A DNA stretch of 63,182 nucleotides, counting the filler, from Octopus bimaculoides (taxonomy: Eukaryota), in assembly GCF_001194135.2 (NCBI RefSeq). It is 4 parts of 4 records of this genome, joined end to end, with 100 filler letters (N's around TTAATTAATTAA, not from the genome) between each part and the next. Parts side by side here need not be neighbours in the genome. Positions count along the whole stretch, not along the records: positions 9,996 to 34,130 come from NC_069000.1; positions 34,231 to 51,956 come from NC_068981.1; 2 more parts are not named here. The stretch is one strand, 5' to 3'. Below are positions 27,608 to 39,750 of the stretch, in pieces. The position numbers were made by a program, and so were the translations under genes. The notes under the pieces were generated by a model. It was not told the origin of the DNA, searched no databases, and saw only the letters and a list, made by a program, of their open reading frames with translations. The first letter of the stretch is position 1. Each line of letters begins with the position of its first letter.

Positions 27608-27775
27608 TCAACATCGGAAAATACCTCAGGAATGAGAACCCAGGTACGAAATTTCCCCAAGACACCTGATGAAGGCTGGAGGGTATATCAGTCGAAATGT
27701 TGTGTTAACAACAAACAAGATGAGGACAAATATCCGTCAAATGTAGATAATGTAAATAATGTACAGCTAGGATTA
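27510..27775 (+). mobile_element. tRNA-headed SINE-like element with internal (AAT)n and a 3' hammerhead motif
   Basis: B box GAGTTCGATTCC at 27531-42, (AAT)n at ~27570-27606, hammerhead at 27661-27706, and a gataatgtaaataatgta tail. Confidence 0.7.
27661..27706 (+). ncRNA. Minimal type I hammerhead ribozyme motif
   Basis: Stem I gacac/gtgtt, intact CUGAUGA core, stem II ggctg/cagtc, GAAA and U-GUU (C15.2 replaced by U). Confidence 0.75.
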
Positions 27776-30700
27776 TCAGACAAGTACTAAATAGTTGAAG
27801 AGGAGAAATAGTATTGTGTCGTAGGCTACAAGTAGCGAGCCCTCTACTCATGCAAGATTCCAGGTGTTCTAAAAAAAAAACCTACCTGCGCTAAAAGAAC
27901 AATGCTAATGGTTTCTAATATTCAGGTGCGGTATAGGTAAGCAATTGTTCAGAATATTTGAGCAAATCTGTTGAAACTTTGAGTAAGCATGGTAAATAGT
28001 TAACGGGGAAAGAAGACAAGAAAAGGAAAGGAAGGGCAGAGAGGAATATTGAGTCTTATCGGAGAGTAATATCGGAAGGGTTGATGGGCAGCTATTAATG
28101 TTTACATGCAGGCTGACCTTTGGAATTGTATAGAGGTTTGATGATAAATTGTAAGTTACAAATTGTGCGGTCAAGTATTCATTTTCACTCCGGCCATAGG
28201 CATTGCAGGGAAATTGTCAGAATGTAGAGAAATAAAGTTTCGTTTCACACCATTAAACTTTTCAATTAATCAACTACACCATAGAGATTATAATATGGGA
28301 GACAGACAAATTAAGTGTTATGCAGAAGGATAGGATCACGGTTAAATTCATTCGAGATAAGGGGCTTCTGTTTACGTTGTATTATCGGGAAGACAAGACA
28401 ATTTCAAAACATCAATACTTTATCTAGTACGTTAGATATATATCATATATATATATCATATATATATATATATATCATATATAAATATCATATATGTATA
28501 TGTATGTGTGTGTGGGTGTGTGTGCGTGCGTCGAACAATGAGGATGAGTGCTCAATAGTGTATCGTTGGATAAAATGTATGTATTTGTGATTTATGGCTA
28601 CCATTGGTTTCATGCTACTAAAATATCTTAATAGCTTAACAATTGTTGAAGGTGATCAAATGAAGAAATGGTATTCGTCATCCAAAATGGAGACGAATAC
28701 CATTTCCCCCATGAGATCAGCTTTAAAATGTGTTACGGTATTAAGATATGTTCTTAACATGAAACAAATTTTAGCTTTAATAAAGAAATAAACACACAAA
28801 CACACACACACACACACACACACACANNNNNNNNNNNNNNNNNNNNNNNNNNNNNNNNNNNNNNNNNNNNNNNNNNNNNNNNNNNNNNNNNNNNNNNNNN
28901 NNNNNNNNNNNNNNNNNNNNNNNNNNNNNNNNNNNNNNNNNNNNNNNNNNNNNNNNNNNNNNNNNNNNNNNNNNNNNNNNNNNNNNNNNNNNNNNNNNNN
29001 NNNNNNNNNNNNNNNNNNNNNNNNNNNNNNNNNNNNNNNNNNNNNNNNNNNNNNNNNNNNNNNNNNNNNNNNNNNNNNNNNNNNNNNNNNNNNNNNNNNN
29101 NNNNNNNNNNNNNNNNNNNNNNNNNNNNNNNNNNNNNNNNNNNNNNNNNNNNNNNNNNNNNNNNNNNNNNNNNNNNNNNNNNNNNNNNNNNNNNNNNNNN
29201 NNNNNNNNNNNNNNNNNNNNNNNNNNNNNNNNNNNNNNNNNNNNNNNNNNNNNNNNNNNNNNNNNNNNNNNNNNNNNNNNNNNNNNNNNNNNNNNNNNNN
29301 NNNNNNNNNNNNNNNNNNNNNNNNNNNNNNNNNNNNNNNNNNNNNNNNNNNNNNNNNNNNNNNNNNNNNNNNNNNNNNNNNNNNNNNNNNNNNNNNNNNN
29401 NNNNNNNNNNNNNNNNNNNNNNNNNNNNNNNNNNNNNNNNNNNNNNNNNNNNNNNNNNNNNNNNNNNNNNNNNNNNNNNNNNNNNNNNNNNNNTATATAT
29501 ATATAATTTCTGTTTTTAATACATGATTATATTTAGAGGCAATCAAGCATTAATTGAATGGTCACTAAGTTTTATCTAATGATCTCATTTCCACAATAAA
29601 CGGTCTTAAAAGCTGCAACCGTTTAAGGATTTAAAAGACGCATCAGTTGCCGCTACACACACAAGCACACGTGCGTGCGCATACATATAAAAAATAGAGA
29701 GAAAGAGAGAAAGAGAAAGAAAGAAAGTGAGAGAGAGACAGAGGACGGAAATGAGCGAGAGAGATAAAAGACAAGTAAACAGTTAGACAGCTGAACAAAT
29801 GGAAGAAAAGATTCCTCAACAAGTTTAGGCAAACTTTGGTATTTTTATTTGTATCACTATTTTCCATGCCGGTGCATTACTTCGTGCGTCACATCCCTTT
29901 TGATAATTATTATTAGGTAGTAAAGCACGTTTAATCATGCGGATCAGATTATGTTTGAGTCGGTATTTTATGGAATTCTGGTTGCTGATAAATGGAGCCA
30001 ATTCTCGTAGTATTAATTTGTATCTTTATTCAATTTCGTTAAATAATTTTCCTGAATTTCCAAAGTACTTTTGAAAACTTAGTCACCCATTAAACTGTCA
30101 GATTTAAGCTTATATACAATTCAGATTTCTTCCAACAATTTCAGGTAATGCCTTTGTACATATGTCTGCTGATATGAATAAAATATTTAAAGTCATAAAT
30201 ATATATTGAGAATACATTCGTTTTTACAAATGTTTGCGGAATCGCTCCACACGCAACTGAGCCGTTTCAGTGGACGGAGAATATACCGGACCCCAATTAT
30301 ATACGAAAAACATACATTTGTAAATTGATTGGTATCCGCTTTTCCGTGTGACGTAGGGCATCCCAACGCCATCTATGAAAATTTGTACGATGCATTTTAG
30401 GAAAAGAAAACGTAAAGTATATCCACGTGGATGTTCCGGAAGCCTCACTGCATCACAAAAGCCACCATATATATATATATATATATTACTCACACACACC
30501 CAGCAACATGACTATGCTATAAACATTGTTAAATATAACTTTTTACCTTTCTGTTCTCAAGCCAAATTCAGTGCATAAGNNNNNNNNNNATATATGACTC
30601 TGTTTCGCTTGCTCTCTCAGTCACTCTCTATTTCCCTTTGTCATCCCATAATTAAACTTCTTGCTGAGCTTTTATCATCAGGTGAAGGATAAAATGTAAT

Positions 30701-31452
30701 AATAAACCTCATCTAACTTTACAACCGTTCTAATGAACGCATGAGAGAATCTCTGTGCATGTGTATAATAAAACGATACCAATCACGGCAAGACTAGAAT
30801 TGAAATATTTGTAGTATTCGCACAAACCGGGATAACAGCATTGACAACATCAATGACAACTACAAATAAAAACACTGTCGTACGAACATTTATAGAGCAA
30901 GACCACTGAAATATTTACAAGAAATTATATATCTTTATTCATATGCATCTGCAAAAACAGGGCTTCAAGGAAAAAAATAGTAACCACAACAATTGCCGTT
31001 ACATTTAACAAATTATGAGTAGTATTGTCAATGGCGTCCGACGCAACAATGAGATATTTCCTCTGAGGGCGTTTGATCTTCTAAACATATTTAGATTCCG
31101 AATCTACCTATATTCTTACCAATGGAATTTCACAATGTAGATTGGAGTCTTCCATAGACTATAGGAGACAATAAAATAGAATGGACAGCCAGGAACACCT
31201 TCTACTGTAGCTCGATTTGTGATCTAAAGTTAGGTAAAGAGAAAATGCATTTACAATAACGGCACTAAGAAAAGTAATTGGGCTGCAAGAACGATTCACT
31301 GTTTGAACATTGAAACCGGTGAGCGGGTAATAAGAAAATTTAGATCAACAATTAATAAATGAACGGTAGAGATTGTAACAACAACAGAGCTAGACTGTAT
31401 CTGAAAAGACAAAAACAGTATAAATTGACAAACACTAGTTTTGTCTACGGTG

Positions 31453-31608
31453 CAGGCGTGGTTATGTAGTAAGAAGCTTGCTTCCGAACCACATGGTCCA
31501 GGGTTCGGTTCCAACGCGTGGCACCTTGCGCAAGTGTTTTCTACTATAGCCTCAAACCGACCAATCTTGTGAGTGGATTTGATAGAAGTAAACTGAAAGA
31601 AGCACATC

Positions 31609-31610
<2 letters not shown>
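31453..31610 (+). mobile_element. 5' module of bipartite tRNA-SINE (family C)
   Basis: gcgtggttatgtagtaagaagcttgcttcc..ggttcggttcc..caccttgcgcaagtgt. Homologues at 39755(-), 45000(-), 53235, 53640, 58770(-) and 59630. Confidence 0.85.
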
Positions 31611-31647
<37 letters not shown>

Positions 31648-33269
31648 TATCTTTCTTTTAAATTCATTTATGGTAACGATAGGTGTGCAAATACAGCTAT
31701 TATTTCAAAAGAATGAATATCCCAATTGGATTGCTAAGAACATAAAATTTTCTGACTACTATGCTACAAGTATTCGTGAGTTCACCCTCAGTTTTCACTC
31801 TGTGCCTCCACAAACTGGCAGAAACTGCTGTTCATGAAATTTGTATATGTCAGCATTATCCAACTACGATTTTTGTAACGCAAAATCAATCACCAAGAAC
31901 CCTCAACACAATAAATAGTAACATTCAAATCTTCACCAAACTATATCAGCCTTCATCATTCTGAACGGCATTTTCATATTTAAAAAAAAAATACATAGTA
32001 CTTTCACTGAATTCAAAGATATTAAAAATAGCCAACATAATATTTGTAACACTTACACCAGAAAGATAAATGAAATTCCCGAGATAGAAAACGACAAAGT
32101 AAATGCCATTAGGGAATTTCTGATATTATATTTATCCAAGAATATTACGCATAAGATACGTTAAATCAATCATGAAATAATTTGGTCTGTTTCAAACCCA
32201 AACAGTCCACCACAACTTGCAATGAATTACGAAACACTACAATTAATTCAGTACCCTACACTTTATGTCACGTTTTAAAGAGACTGTTGTAACTGCAACC
32301 TAAACACATAAACGCTAAACTTGAAAACTCATCTGGAAATGAAAAGCGCACATGCTATTAGGGCGGCAGAATTCAACACGAACCATCTTTGATGATTTAG
32401 GATTCTATGAACTGTATTTATTGACTTCCTTTATGGATTTTCGTTTTATAGACCCCGTTTAATGATCTTCATTTTATGGACCACATTTATATATTACCCC
32501 TTATTGGATAACCTCTACGAATATCTCTTACGATATTCGCCTTAAAGATTATATTTTATGGATTAGCGTTTATAGAACACCTATATCGATTACATTTCAT
32601 AGATTATTATTCATGGGTACTTTTTATAACTAACATTTTTGATAGGTTATACGTTGTGGCTCAAAATGTTGGGGGCCATGCGGATTTTCTTAAACAAACT
32701 GTTATGTGTATGGGGCCCACGATCACCTTCCTCATTTGATTTCTGCCTGATATTTCTTTTTGCGCTATTTCCCTCTGCTTTCACTTTTATCCCCTTCCTC
32801 GGACAACCCCGGACCACATTACCCAATGGAACCACTTCTGCTGCACCTCCCTTCTTCACATTCTGTACTTGACACGGCCACATCTGAACAATTTACTCTA
32901 ATTCATTTTATTATATTTAATTCCATTTTATGCTATTTTGTTTCATTTCATTTACCTTTTTGTTTAAATTCAATTTGATATTATTTTTCCTGTCCTACTC
33001 CCTTAGAACACCGAGCAAGGAATCCACCCCCACCGCCATCCCTCATTCTGCACACACATAAACGCACGCACACTCTTTCTCCGCCCCCTATCCCCGTCAA
33101 CGTACCCATGTGTCATTAGCGATATTAACATGTCTGCTCTTCTACTTCAATATTATTGTCGCCACCTTCAATGCTGTCGTCACTGAGTGGTTCGACTGAC
33201 ATTGATTCGCCAGGTGAGCATTGTGTTTATAATCACTGTTATGGGGTTTACTCTTCAGATTTCTATCGA

Positions 33270-33388
33270 CACAACCAAAATTATCATCGCCGCCTTCACC
33301 ATCATTTTCGTCATCATCATCGTCGTCGTTGTCATCATCAATATCATCATCATCATCATCATCAGTACTAGTAAGTGATAAGTGATTC

Positions 33389-33451
<63 letters not shown>

Positions 33452-33558
33452 GGTGGTAGTCGTAGTAGTAAGAGGAGGATTAAGAGTAGCAGTAGTAGTA
33501 GTAATGGTACGAGGGGGAGTAGTAGTAGTAGCTGTAGTAAGAGGAGGAGGAAGAGGGG

Positions 33559-33599
<41 letters not shown>

Positions 33600-33600
33600 T
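33270..33600. repeat. Compound trinucleotide repeat (ATC/GTA/GTG/GGA/GCA)
   Basis: Read directly from sequence. Similar fields occur at 37630-37755, 41190-41500 and 54330-54650. Confidence 0.95.
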
Positions 33601-34130
33601 ATTTGAAAACTCAGCTTATTTCGCTGGCTATGATGGAAAGTGTCAGCTGTCCACAACCAGCAGACTATGGTGACCCTTGTTTACTAGTTATGCTTCAAGA
33701 ACTCTGCGAAGAATTCCTGCAGTTCCAAGCAATGCTGACGTTTGTACGAGTTCTACCTTCACACTTGCGCCAATCTTTTTAAGCCATAATAATAATTATT
33801 GCTGTTGTTGTTATTATGCCACCAAGATCGACTTTGCCTTTCATCGTCTCGAGCCGGTGAATTAAGTATTATCTGGTCACTGGGGCCGATGCAGTCGACT
33901 AGCTAATACACTTGGGGTGGGGGAGGTACCAATTTCGAGATAGGGGGCATATCGATTACATTGACCCACGTGTTCTGTTAATAATTTTTTTTTTTTCGAT
34001 TGCGAAAGCGTGAAAGGCAATGTCGACCTCGGCGAAAATTGAACACAGTATCTAAAGGCGGACAAAATGCTAGTTTGTGTTTGTGCGTATGTGTGTGTGT
34101 ATATATGTACGTATGTATATGTATATATGT

Positions 34131-34230
34131 NNNNNNNNNNNNNNNNNNNNNNNNNNNNNNNNNNNNNNNNNNNNTTAATTAATTAANNNNNNNNNNNNNN
34201 NNNNNNNNNNNNNNNNNNNNNNNNNNNNNN
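34131..34230. other. Artificial 100-bp scaffold linker N44-TTAATTAATTAA-N44
   Basis: Identical in structure to 9896-9995. Confidence 0.92.
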
Positions 34231-34968
34231 ATCTATATATATATATATGTACATATATATATAAACAAATACTGCTATCAAAATCTGACACTCTTTGCAA
34301 TGTTGTTGTTTTTTGTTGTTGTTGTGTGTAAGAGAGGCTTTCTAGCACGAGATTATCCATGCCAAAACTTCTTGAAATTTCTGATATCTTTGCAAATAGC
34401 TCTATCACATTGCCAAGTGACAGGATAACCTCTGACAGCTCATATATCAATGGCGGCGCCAGCCCGTGTTTCACTGGTCGAAATGCATTGAGACAATTCA
34501 CTCAGTTTAAACGTAAATGAAGAAAGAACTTGTACCAGCTGAAAGAGTAAAAGCTGCATCAATAATCTATACGTGATGAAGCCAGATAAACATCTACCAA
34601 GTAAATTCCAGCCATTTTCAATTTTCTGTTGTTGTTTCTTTTCCCTTAAGAAAAAAAATATAGAATGTGAAAAAAAAAAAAGAATTAAGAAATAGAAAAA
34701 TAATTTTAAAAAAACAAGCAGCGACCTGCCATTTTAACTAAATTCGTTGTCGTATCTGAGAAAGTAGGCGCACGCGCACGCACGAACGCACACTCACGCA
34801 CACACACACACAAACACACACATGCAAGTAGATATATATGCGAGCATACGCACAAACATACACAAACATGCGTACAGCACACACTCTCAGATACATTCAC
34901 ACAGACGAGTATACAGAAATATACATGCATATACATACATGCATATATACATATATATATGTACATAT

Positions 34969-35003
<35 letters not shown>

Positions 35004-35005
<2 letters not shown>

Positions 35006-35340
35006 TGGCACTTCGTCGGTTTCGACGACGAGGGTTCCAGTTGATCAACGGAATAACCCGCTCGTGAAATTAACGTGCAAGTGGATGAGCACTCCACAGA
35101 CGCGTGTGTACCCTTAACGTAGTTCTCGGGGAGATTCAGCGTCGCACAGAGTGCCACAAGGGTGGCCCTTTGAAATACAGTTACAACAGAGACAGGAAAG
35201 TTGTGCTGGATTCTCCCACCACACTCTGCTGGAGACACGTGGAGCTCAATAAACACTCACAACGCTCGGTCTGAGAATTGAAACCGCGATCCTATGACCG
35301 CGAGTCAACTGCCCTAACCACTGGGTCATTGCGCCTCCAC
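35004..35340 (-). mobile_element. tRNA-derived SINE (family A), internally deleted, tandem with the next copy
   Basis: Head gtggaggcgcaatgacccagtggttagggcag...gtttcaattc. Body is homologous to 35361-35740. Confidence 0.9.
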
Positions 35341-35360
35341 TATATATATATATACACATG

Positions 35361-35740
35361 TTGGCACTCCGTCGCTTACGACGACGAGGGTTCCAGTTGA
35401 TCCGATCAACGGAACAGCCTGCTCGTGAAATTAACGTGCAAGTGGCTGAGCACTCCACAGACACGTGTACCCTTAACGTAGTTCTCGGGGATATTCAGCG
35501 TGACACAGTGTGACAAGGCTGGCCCTTTGAATTACAGGCACAACAGAAACAGGAAGTAAGAGTGAGAGACAGTTGTGGTGAAAGGGTACAGCAGGGTTCG
35601 CCACCATCCCCTGCCGGAGCCTCGTGGAGCTTTAGGTGTTTTCGCTCAATAAACACTCACAACGCCCGGTCTGGGAATCGAAACCGCGATCCTATGACCG
35701 CGAGTCCGCTGCCCTAACCACTGGGTCATTGCGCCTCCAC
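35361..35740 (-). mobile_element. Full-length ~380-bp tRNA-derived SINE (family A)
   Basis: A-box-like TGACCCAGTGG and B-box-like GTTTCGATTCC. The 3' end is cgtcgtcgtaagcgacggagtgccaac. Confidence 0.9.
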
Positions 35741-35809
35741 TATATATATATATATACATACGTACATACAAACATACATACATACATATATATAGATATT
35801 CATACATTA

Positions 35810-36150
35810 TTATTATCATTATTATTATTATTATTAGAGTCGTCCATCGTTGTCGACGATGATCGAGGACATCACATGGCAGATGAAGACGGGGCACAGT
35901 GTATCCAGACATGGCCAATCAGTTCGAGTTGGCTCTGGACTTGCGCAGTTCATGTTTTCTTTGTGCCTCTGCAATCTTGTTCTTTTCGTGAGAGCTGGCA
36001 CCTCTTTTGGTGCAGCTTCGCGAGCCAGGCCAGCCGGCCGACCGGCCTCGGTGCTTGCGTTTCCCAGTTTTCGAGGGTCAACGTCAAACTTCCTCGGTGA
36101 CGCTTTGAATGCGTCATTGAAGCGCTTTTTCTGTCTTAACTTACGTCGAC
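35810..36150 (-). mobile_element. RTE LINE 3' end with (TAA)n tail
   Basis: RQKKRFNDAFKAS..FDVDP (cf. GGQKKRFKDTLKASL), followed by gatggacgactc-taataataat. Confidence 0.8.
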
Positions 36151-36429
36151 ATACACATACACACACATAAACACACAAACACTCAAACACACATAAATAA
36201 AATAGCAAAAATGTATATACACTCACGTATTAAACTTTCTCTCTCTCCTGTTCGTATTCCAAGGGCAGCCTTTGAGGTTTTATAACCAAAAACCTTTTCA
36301 ATCCAATATTTGCACGTAATATTTTTACCTTTATTTACTTCGAGTACCACTGTTGAAAACCAATGAGATATATACAAACATACGTACATACATACATACA
36401 TACATACATACATACATACATACATACAT

Positions 36430-36895
36430 GATGATGGCTGTCCACTCGTGACCGAGGAAGACCATTGCTGACCTTCAGGAACATTGTGTGCTCTAGGACT
36501 AACTTATATTTTGCATTTGCGGCTCCGTTTGTGGCTAATGAGCCCTGCTCTTGACAAGCACACACGACTGCAAACATTGCAGACCAAGCTTTCCCCATTC
36601 ACTATACAAACCGTGCGCTTTCGCGCGGCTCGCTTAAGTTTTTTACGCTGGATACGCGCTCTCTCAAAAGTGTCGATCCTCTCCTTAACCTGCTTCCTCC
36701 ATCCGTGGCGATGACAGGCATTGCTCTCCCAGTCAGTGTCCTGCATATCACAGGCCTTTAATGGCGACTTGACACAGTCCTTAAATGGCAGCCTTGGTCT
36801 CTGCCGGATTCTCCTTCCATTCACAAGTTTTCCATATAGCATCTGCTTAGGAATCCCACTATCCTTCATTCCTAAGCAGATGCTACATGGAGAAC
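36430..36895 (-). mobile_element. RTE LINE 3' end with C-terminal C2H2 zinc finger
   Basis: MKDSGIPKQMLYGKL..RPRLPFKDCVK..W..CNVCSRVCLSRAGLISHKR*, followed by a short 3' UTR. Confidence 0.88.
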
Positions 36896-36918
36896 ATACA
36901 TACATACATACATACGTC

Positions 36919-37484
36919 AATTACAGTTAGTGACAGTTGAATATTTCCTTTTAGGTTATATACTACGTATAGCTGCCGTCGTTATTTTATATATACGTAT
37001 GGCAGTGTATAGATACGTGCTTCTTTGCAGCTCTAAGGGTTTCTAACTCTTATTTTTTGCAACGTAGGCGCTACCTTGTACCGCCAGTCACAATTAGTGA
37101 CAATTGAATTTTTCCTGTTCGGTTTTATATTGCAGCCTTGGCTATTCTATAATTTTCACATTACCATTTTACTAAATCAGCCACTGATCCATACGGTAAA
37201 TACTATACACTAATAGTTGGGATTTAGCTAAACCATCCAGCGATGGAGTTGTCACCACTGAGGAGCTTTAATTCGTTGTGAAATTAGACTAGTATGGTGA
37301 TCTCGATCGCTGTGGGGTGGTTATATCCCCCGTCAGTGTATAGAGTTTTGCTCCTTGCGGCTATAAGAATTTTTAGCTCTTATTTCTAGCAACGTAGGTG
37401 CTACCCTGCACCGTCAGTCACAATTAGTGACTATTGTACTTTTCCTGTTTGTTTTTTTAATGCGTATAGCAGTTTCCGTTATAT

Positions 37485-37490
<6 letters not shown>
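36919..37490. repeat. Imperfect direct repeats with an agtcac-aatta-gtgac hairpin core
   Basis: The ~125-bp segment at 37003 is repeated at 37334. The core 16-mer occurs at 36919, 37086 and 37416. Confidence 0.7.
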
Positions 37491-37527
<37 letters not shown>

Positions 37528-37686
37528 GTATGCATTTGTGTGTGTGTGTGTGTGTGTGTAAAGATAATATTACGTCTGGTGAAGTAGAAAAATAGGTACA
37601 TACAATTAGTTCTCAGGTTGATTTACTACATAAACCCTAACAGCAACAACATCACTAACAATAACAACAGAAACACCACCAACGCC

Positions 37687-37732
<46 letters not shown>

Positions 37733-38239
37733 GCAGCAGCAGCAGCAGCAGCAGAGACTGTCTCCCTCATTTAGCGTTTTTTTTTTTATCATTCTACCAT
37801 CTCAATAACTGAATCTGACAAAACCAGACAAGATTAGAGATTTTTTATATTCTTAAAAAATACCAAATAGTTTGGAATCTCCAAAAGTATTCGGCTGGCA
37901 ACATGATCTCATGATAAACTTCATTAAGACAGCAAATAATTAAATGTTAATAATTACAAAAATGGTCTTCGAACGTGACTTTATCTGAATCCTGGACTTG
38001 CAAGAAATAGCTCAAAAGTTACCTTCAATCANNNNNNNNNNNNNNNNNNNNNNNNNNNNNNNNNNNNNNNNNNNNNNNNNNNNNNNNNNNNNNNNNNNNN
38101 NNNNNNNNNNNNNNNNNNNNNNNNNNNNNNNNNNNNNNNNNNNNNNNNNNNNNNNNNNNNNNNNATATATATATATATATATATATATACATGTGTGTGT
38201 ATGTGCGTGTGTGTGCATTATACATCTATCTATTAAATC

Positions 38240-38969
38240 AATATTATTTTGGACATACCTTCTGTGATGATTTTTTTATGTAATTTTTTTGCACTTATAA
38301 GATATATATATTATTAATGCAGTATATGGGGATTGGACAATAAGCATAAGCCAGTGTCAACGGTGGTTCCAGAAATTCTGAGCCGGAAATTACAGCCTAA
38401 AAGATGAACCTCGTCCTGGGAGATCTGTAGAGCTCAACGAAGACCTCCTGCAAACCCTGGTGGAACAAAATCCCACTGTAACTGTTAAGGAACTATCTGA
38501 GAAGATTGGATTTAGTCATTCAACCATTCATCGGCACCTGCACTAGAAGAAAAACAACCATCTTTGATTTCGAAACGAAAGGTGTTCTTCTATCAGGATA
38601 ATGCTCGGCTACATACAGCGAGCATGACATTCCAAAGGCTGGGGTAGTTTGAATGGGAAACGATGCCCCACCCACCATATTCGCCCGACATTACCCCATC
38701 CGATTATTATTTATTTCACAATCTTCAAAATCATTTGGACAGAAAAAAAATGAATTCTGTAGACGATGTTAGAACAATACTGAATGAGTATTCTTTGTTA
38801 TGGACAAGTGAATTTTGGAAGAGGGGGCTTGCAAATCTACCAGATAGATGGAAGAGCATTGTAGAAAATGAAGGAGAGTATATTTTAGAATAAAAAAGAA
38901 CTTTGTTTATCATAATTTTGAAAAATAAAAGAAGTATAAAAAAAAACATTATTTATGGGATGACCTAAT
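38240..38969 (+). mobile_element. Internally deleted mariner transposon
   Basis: QCQRWFQKF..SLKDEPRPGR HTH region joined to QDNARLH..HPPYSPDITPSDYYLF..YILE*. The right TIR is attatttatgggatgacctaat. Confidence 0.9.
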
Positions 38970-39299
38970 GTGTGTGTGTGTTGTTTTTCTATTTGTTCTT
39001 TGTTTATCGGGATTTATATATATACATACATACATACATATAAATAAATAAATATTTCGAAACGCGGAGTAGATGGACAGGGACAACTGATGAAGGGAAA
39101 TATTCTTTATGTTGCATGTCTTGTTTCTCTGTTTTTCTCGTTGTTCAAAAAAAAAGTTCGTTTTCTGTTTTCGTTTCTCATTGTGGTTAACGTTTTTTAT
39201 GATGTCCTGTACACATATATGCTTGTATGTATACATATAGACGTAGGTATGTACATATATGTATGGGTATATGCATATATTTGTATATTATTTATATTA

Positions 39300-39711
39300 T
39301 AAATATGGATTCTACCTTCTTTCATTCTGGATTTATTCTTTCTTGACTGTTTTATTCTGAACTCTACACCCTCCGGCTGCACCTCTCCTACCCACGGATT
39401 ACACTGGACCCATCTTCTGATTGGAAATCGCCTCAATATACCACGACGTCTAAAAAACTTTTGAACTTTTGAACTTTTCCACTTATGTAAACCTCCTTTA
39501 TTACCTTTATCATCTTTATATTTTCCTTTACTTTCCTTCACCTACCGTCTCTTCGTACTCTGGTCTCTTTGTTTTCTCCGTATTCTTTCTGTTGAAGAGC
39601 GTAGCTCGAAACGTTAAAGACTTTCTGTATTCCCGAGCGTCAAACTAATACATCCTTTTGTTGTTTACACCACCTGTCCTCGTCTGTTGTTGTTTTTTTT
39701 CGTACATTCTC

Positions 39712-39715
<4 letters not shown>
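39300..39715 (+). mobile_element. Penelope-like element 3' terminal region (pseudo-LTR) with hammerhead motif
   Basis: actctacaccct-ccggc resembles the TLHPxGLN end of GIY-YIG ORFs, followed by a pyrimidine-rich UTR and a hammerhead at 39584-39620. Confidence 0.55.
39584..39620 (+). ncRNA. Minimal hammerhead ribozyme motif, core variant
   Basis: Stem I tcttt/aaaga, core CUGUUGA (A6U), stem II gag/ctc, GAAA and palindromic AACGUU. Confidence 0.6.

Positions 39716-39750
<35 letters not shown>

Noticed and set aside
31760-32400. Possible LINE apurinic endonuclease remnant (IRAAEFNT vs IIAGDFN)
   Set aside because: A single weak motif is insufficient to call.
33375-33600. Poly-V/poly-Q ORF, and similar poly-N/Q/H/M/S ORFs at 37618, 41100 and 54293-54668
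   Set aside because: These are translations of compound trinucleotide microsatellites, with stops in adjacent units and no splice or homology support.
34260-34560. Open frames on both strands (GLAPPLIYELSEVILSLG... / MPKLLEISDIF...)
   Set aside because: No recognisable domain and no consistent splice phase. The TGACAG motifs here are too short to call an enhancer.
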